Positions 63,523 to 64,000 of a DNA stretch of 64,000 nt are shown piece by piece. Source of the stretch: an uncultured Methanomassiliicoccales archaeon (lineage in GTDB: Archaea > Thermoplasmatota > Thermoplasmata > Methanomassiliicoccales > UBA472); assembly GCA_963732855.1 (NCBI GenBank), contig CAVTBB010000002.1:439733-503732 (forward strand). Reading direction: 5' to 3'. Positions within the stretch are counted from its first letter, which is position 1, and each line of letters begins with the position of its first letter. The notes under the pieces are model-generated. The model saw only the letters and a program-made list of their open reading frames with translations, made no database searches and had not been told where the DNA came from. Both the position numbers and the translations under genes were made by a program.

Positions 63523-64000
63523 CTAGGCCTGATCTTTACAATTTCTACCTTTTCTTTTTGGATCATCAATGACAATCGCTTCCCCCACATGAGAGAGTTT
63601 CTTCATATAAAATTCGATATCTTTCGCAACATAGTTCTCTGAAAGAGCGTTTATTGCTTTGATATCTTCTCTGTTTGTCAGCTTATGAATAATCCTAGAA
63701 TCACACTGACTCAGAACCTCACTATCGATCGCTGAGGGCTGTTGTGTTGCTACAATTAGAGATAGCCCTGGTTGCCTTCCCTCTTTCGCCCATCGGATAA
63801 TTATCTCCTTGGAGAGCGAGTTCTTACCTGAAGGGCAATAATTTTGAGCTTCATCTATTGCCAGCCATACTTTTTTCATTTCCGAACCGAATTCCAAAGC
63901 TTCAAGCCGTCTTGATTTGACCCTTTCTGAAAAGATAAACTTCGCAATTATCGCCACGATTAGATTTCTAAGTCCTTTAAGGGATTGGTCGACCGGACTG
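63523..64000 (-). CDS. HerA/FtsK-like ATPase, partial (5' end outside the window)
   Basis: IDEAQNY, KEGRQPGLSLIVATQQPSAID, LSQCD..IIHKL; continues IRPRKSEHGG after a frameshift. Confidence 0.85.
   Translation of the reverse strand, partial: SPVDQSLKGLRNLIVAIIAKFIFSERVKSRRLEALEFGSEMKKVWLAIDEAQNYCPSGKNSLSKEIIIRWAKEGRQPGLSLIVATQQPSAIDSEVLSQCDSRIIHKLTNREDIKAINALSENYVAKDIEFYMKKLSHVGEAIVIDDPKRKGRNCKDQA

Larger units (their letters stand above)
61200..64000. mobile_element. AT-rich, probably horizontally acquired island (no integrase seen)
   Basis: Abrupt shift to AT-rich composition and codon usage relative to the GC-rich flanking genes. Confidence 0.55.

Noticed and set aside
1-64000. Genome-wide TAG-to-pyrrolysine recoding
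   Set aside because: pdxT, pepF, znuB, the SDR, fasciclin and YHS genes end in TAG at their expected C-termini.

Overview
Archaeal DNA from a methylotrophic methanogen, most likely Methanomassiliicoccales (Thermoplasmata). The evidence is mtaB/mtaC, an MtaA-type methyltransferase, radA, archaeal CCA-adding enzyme, GGGP/DGGGP synthases and a CxxC-x17-CxxC protein. Many clearly homologous genes, including housekeeping ones, are split by 1-2 nt frameshifts, which suggests an unpolished long-read assembly, so split ORFs were re-joined by eye. About 1-29 kb is mostly core and methylotrophy genes, and about 29-64 kb is accessory. The most notable loci are: (i) a four-gene isoprenoid cluster (GGR-like flavoprotein, two UbiA-like membrane proteins, long-chain-type polyprenyl synthase) separate from the core ether-lipid genes; (ii) a radical-SAM / AMP-ligase / DUF169 / Cys-rich module, resembling the Desulfovibrio DVU_1553-1557 'Trs' genes, next to the MtaA-type gene; (iii) an AT-rich island with a HerA-like ATPase, a wHTH region and a B12-binding radical SAM; (iv) a Rad50/RloC-like ATPase with a small coupled partner; (v) an ice-binding-like (DUF3494) adhesin on six Ig-like repeats; (vi) tandem solute-binding proteins coupled to a two-component system. 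No rRNA, tRNA, CRISPR array or transposase was recognised. All family calls come from motif recognition, not database searches.
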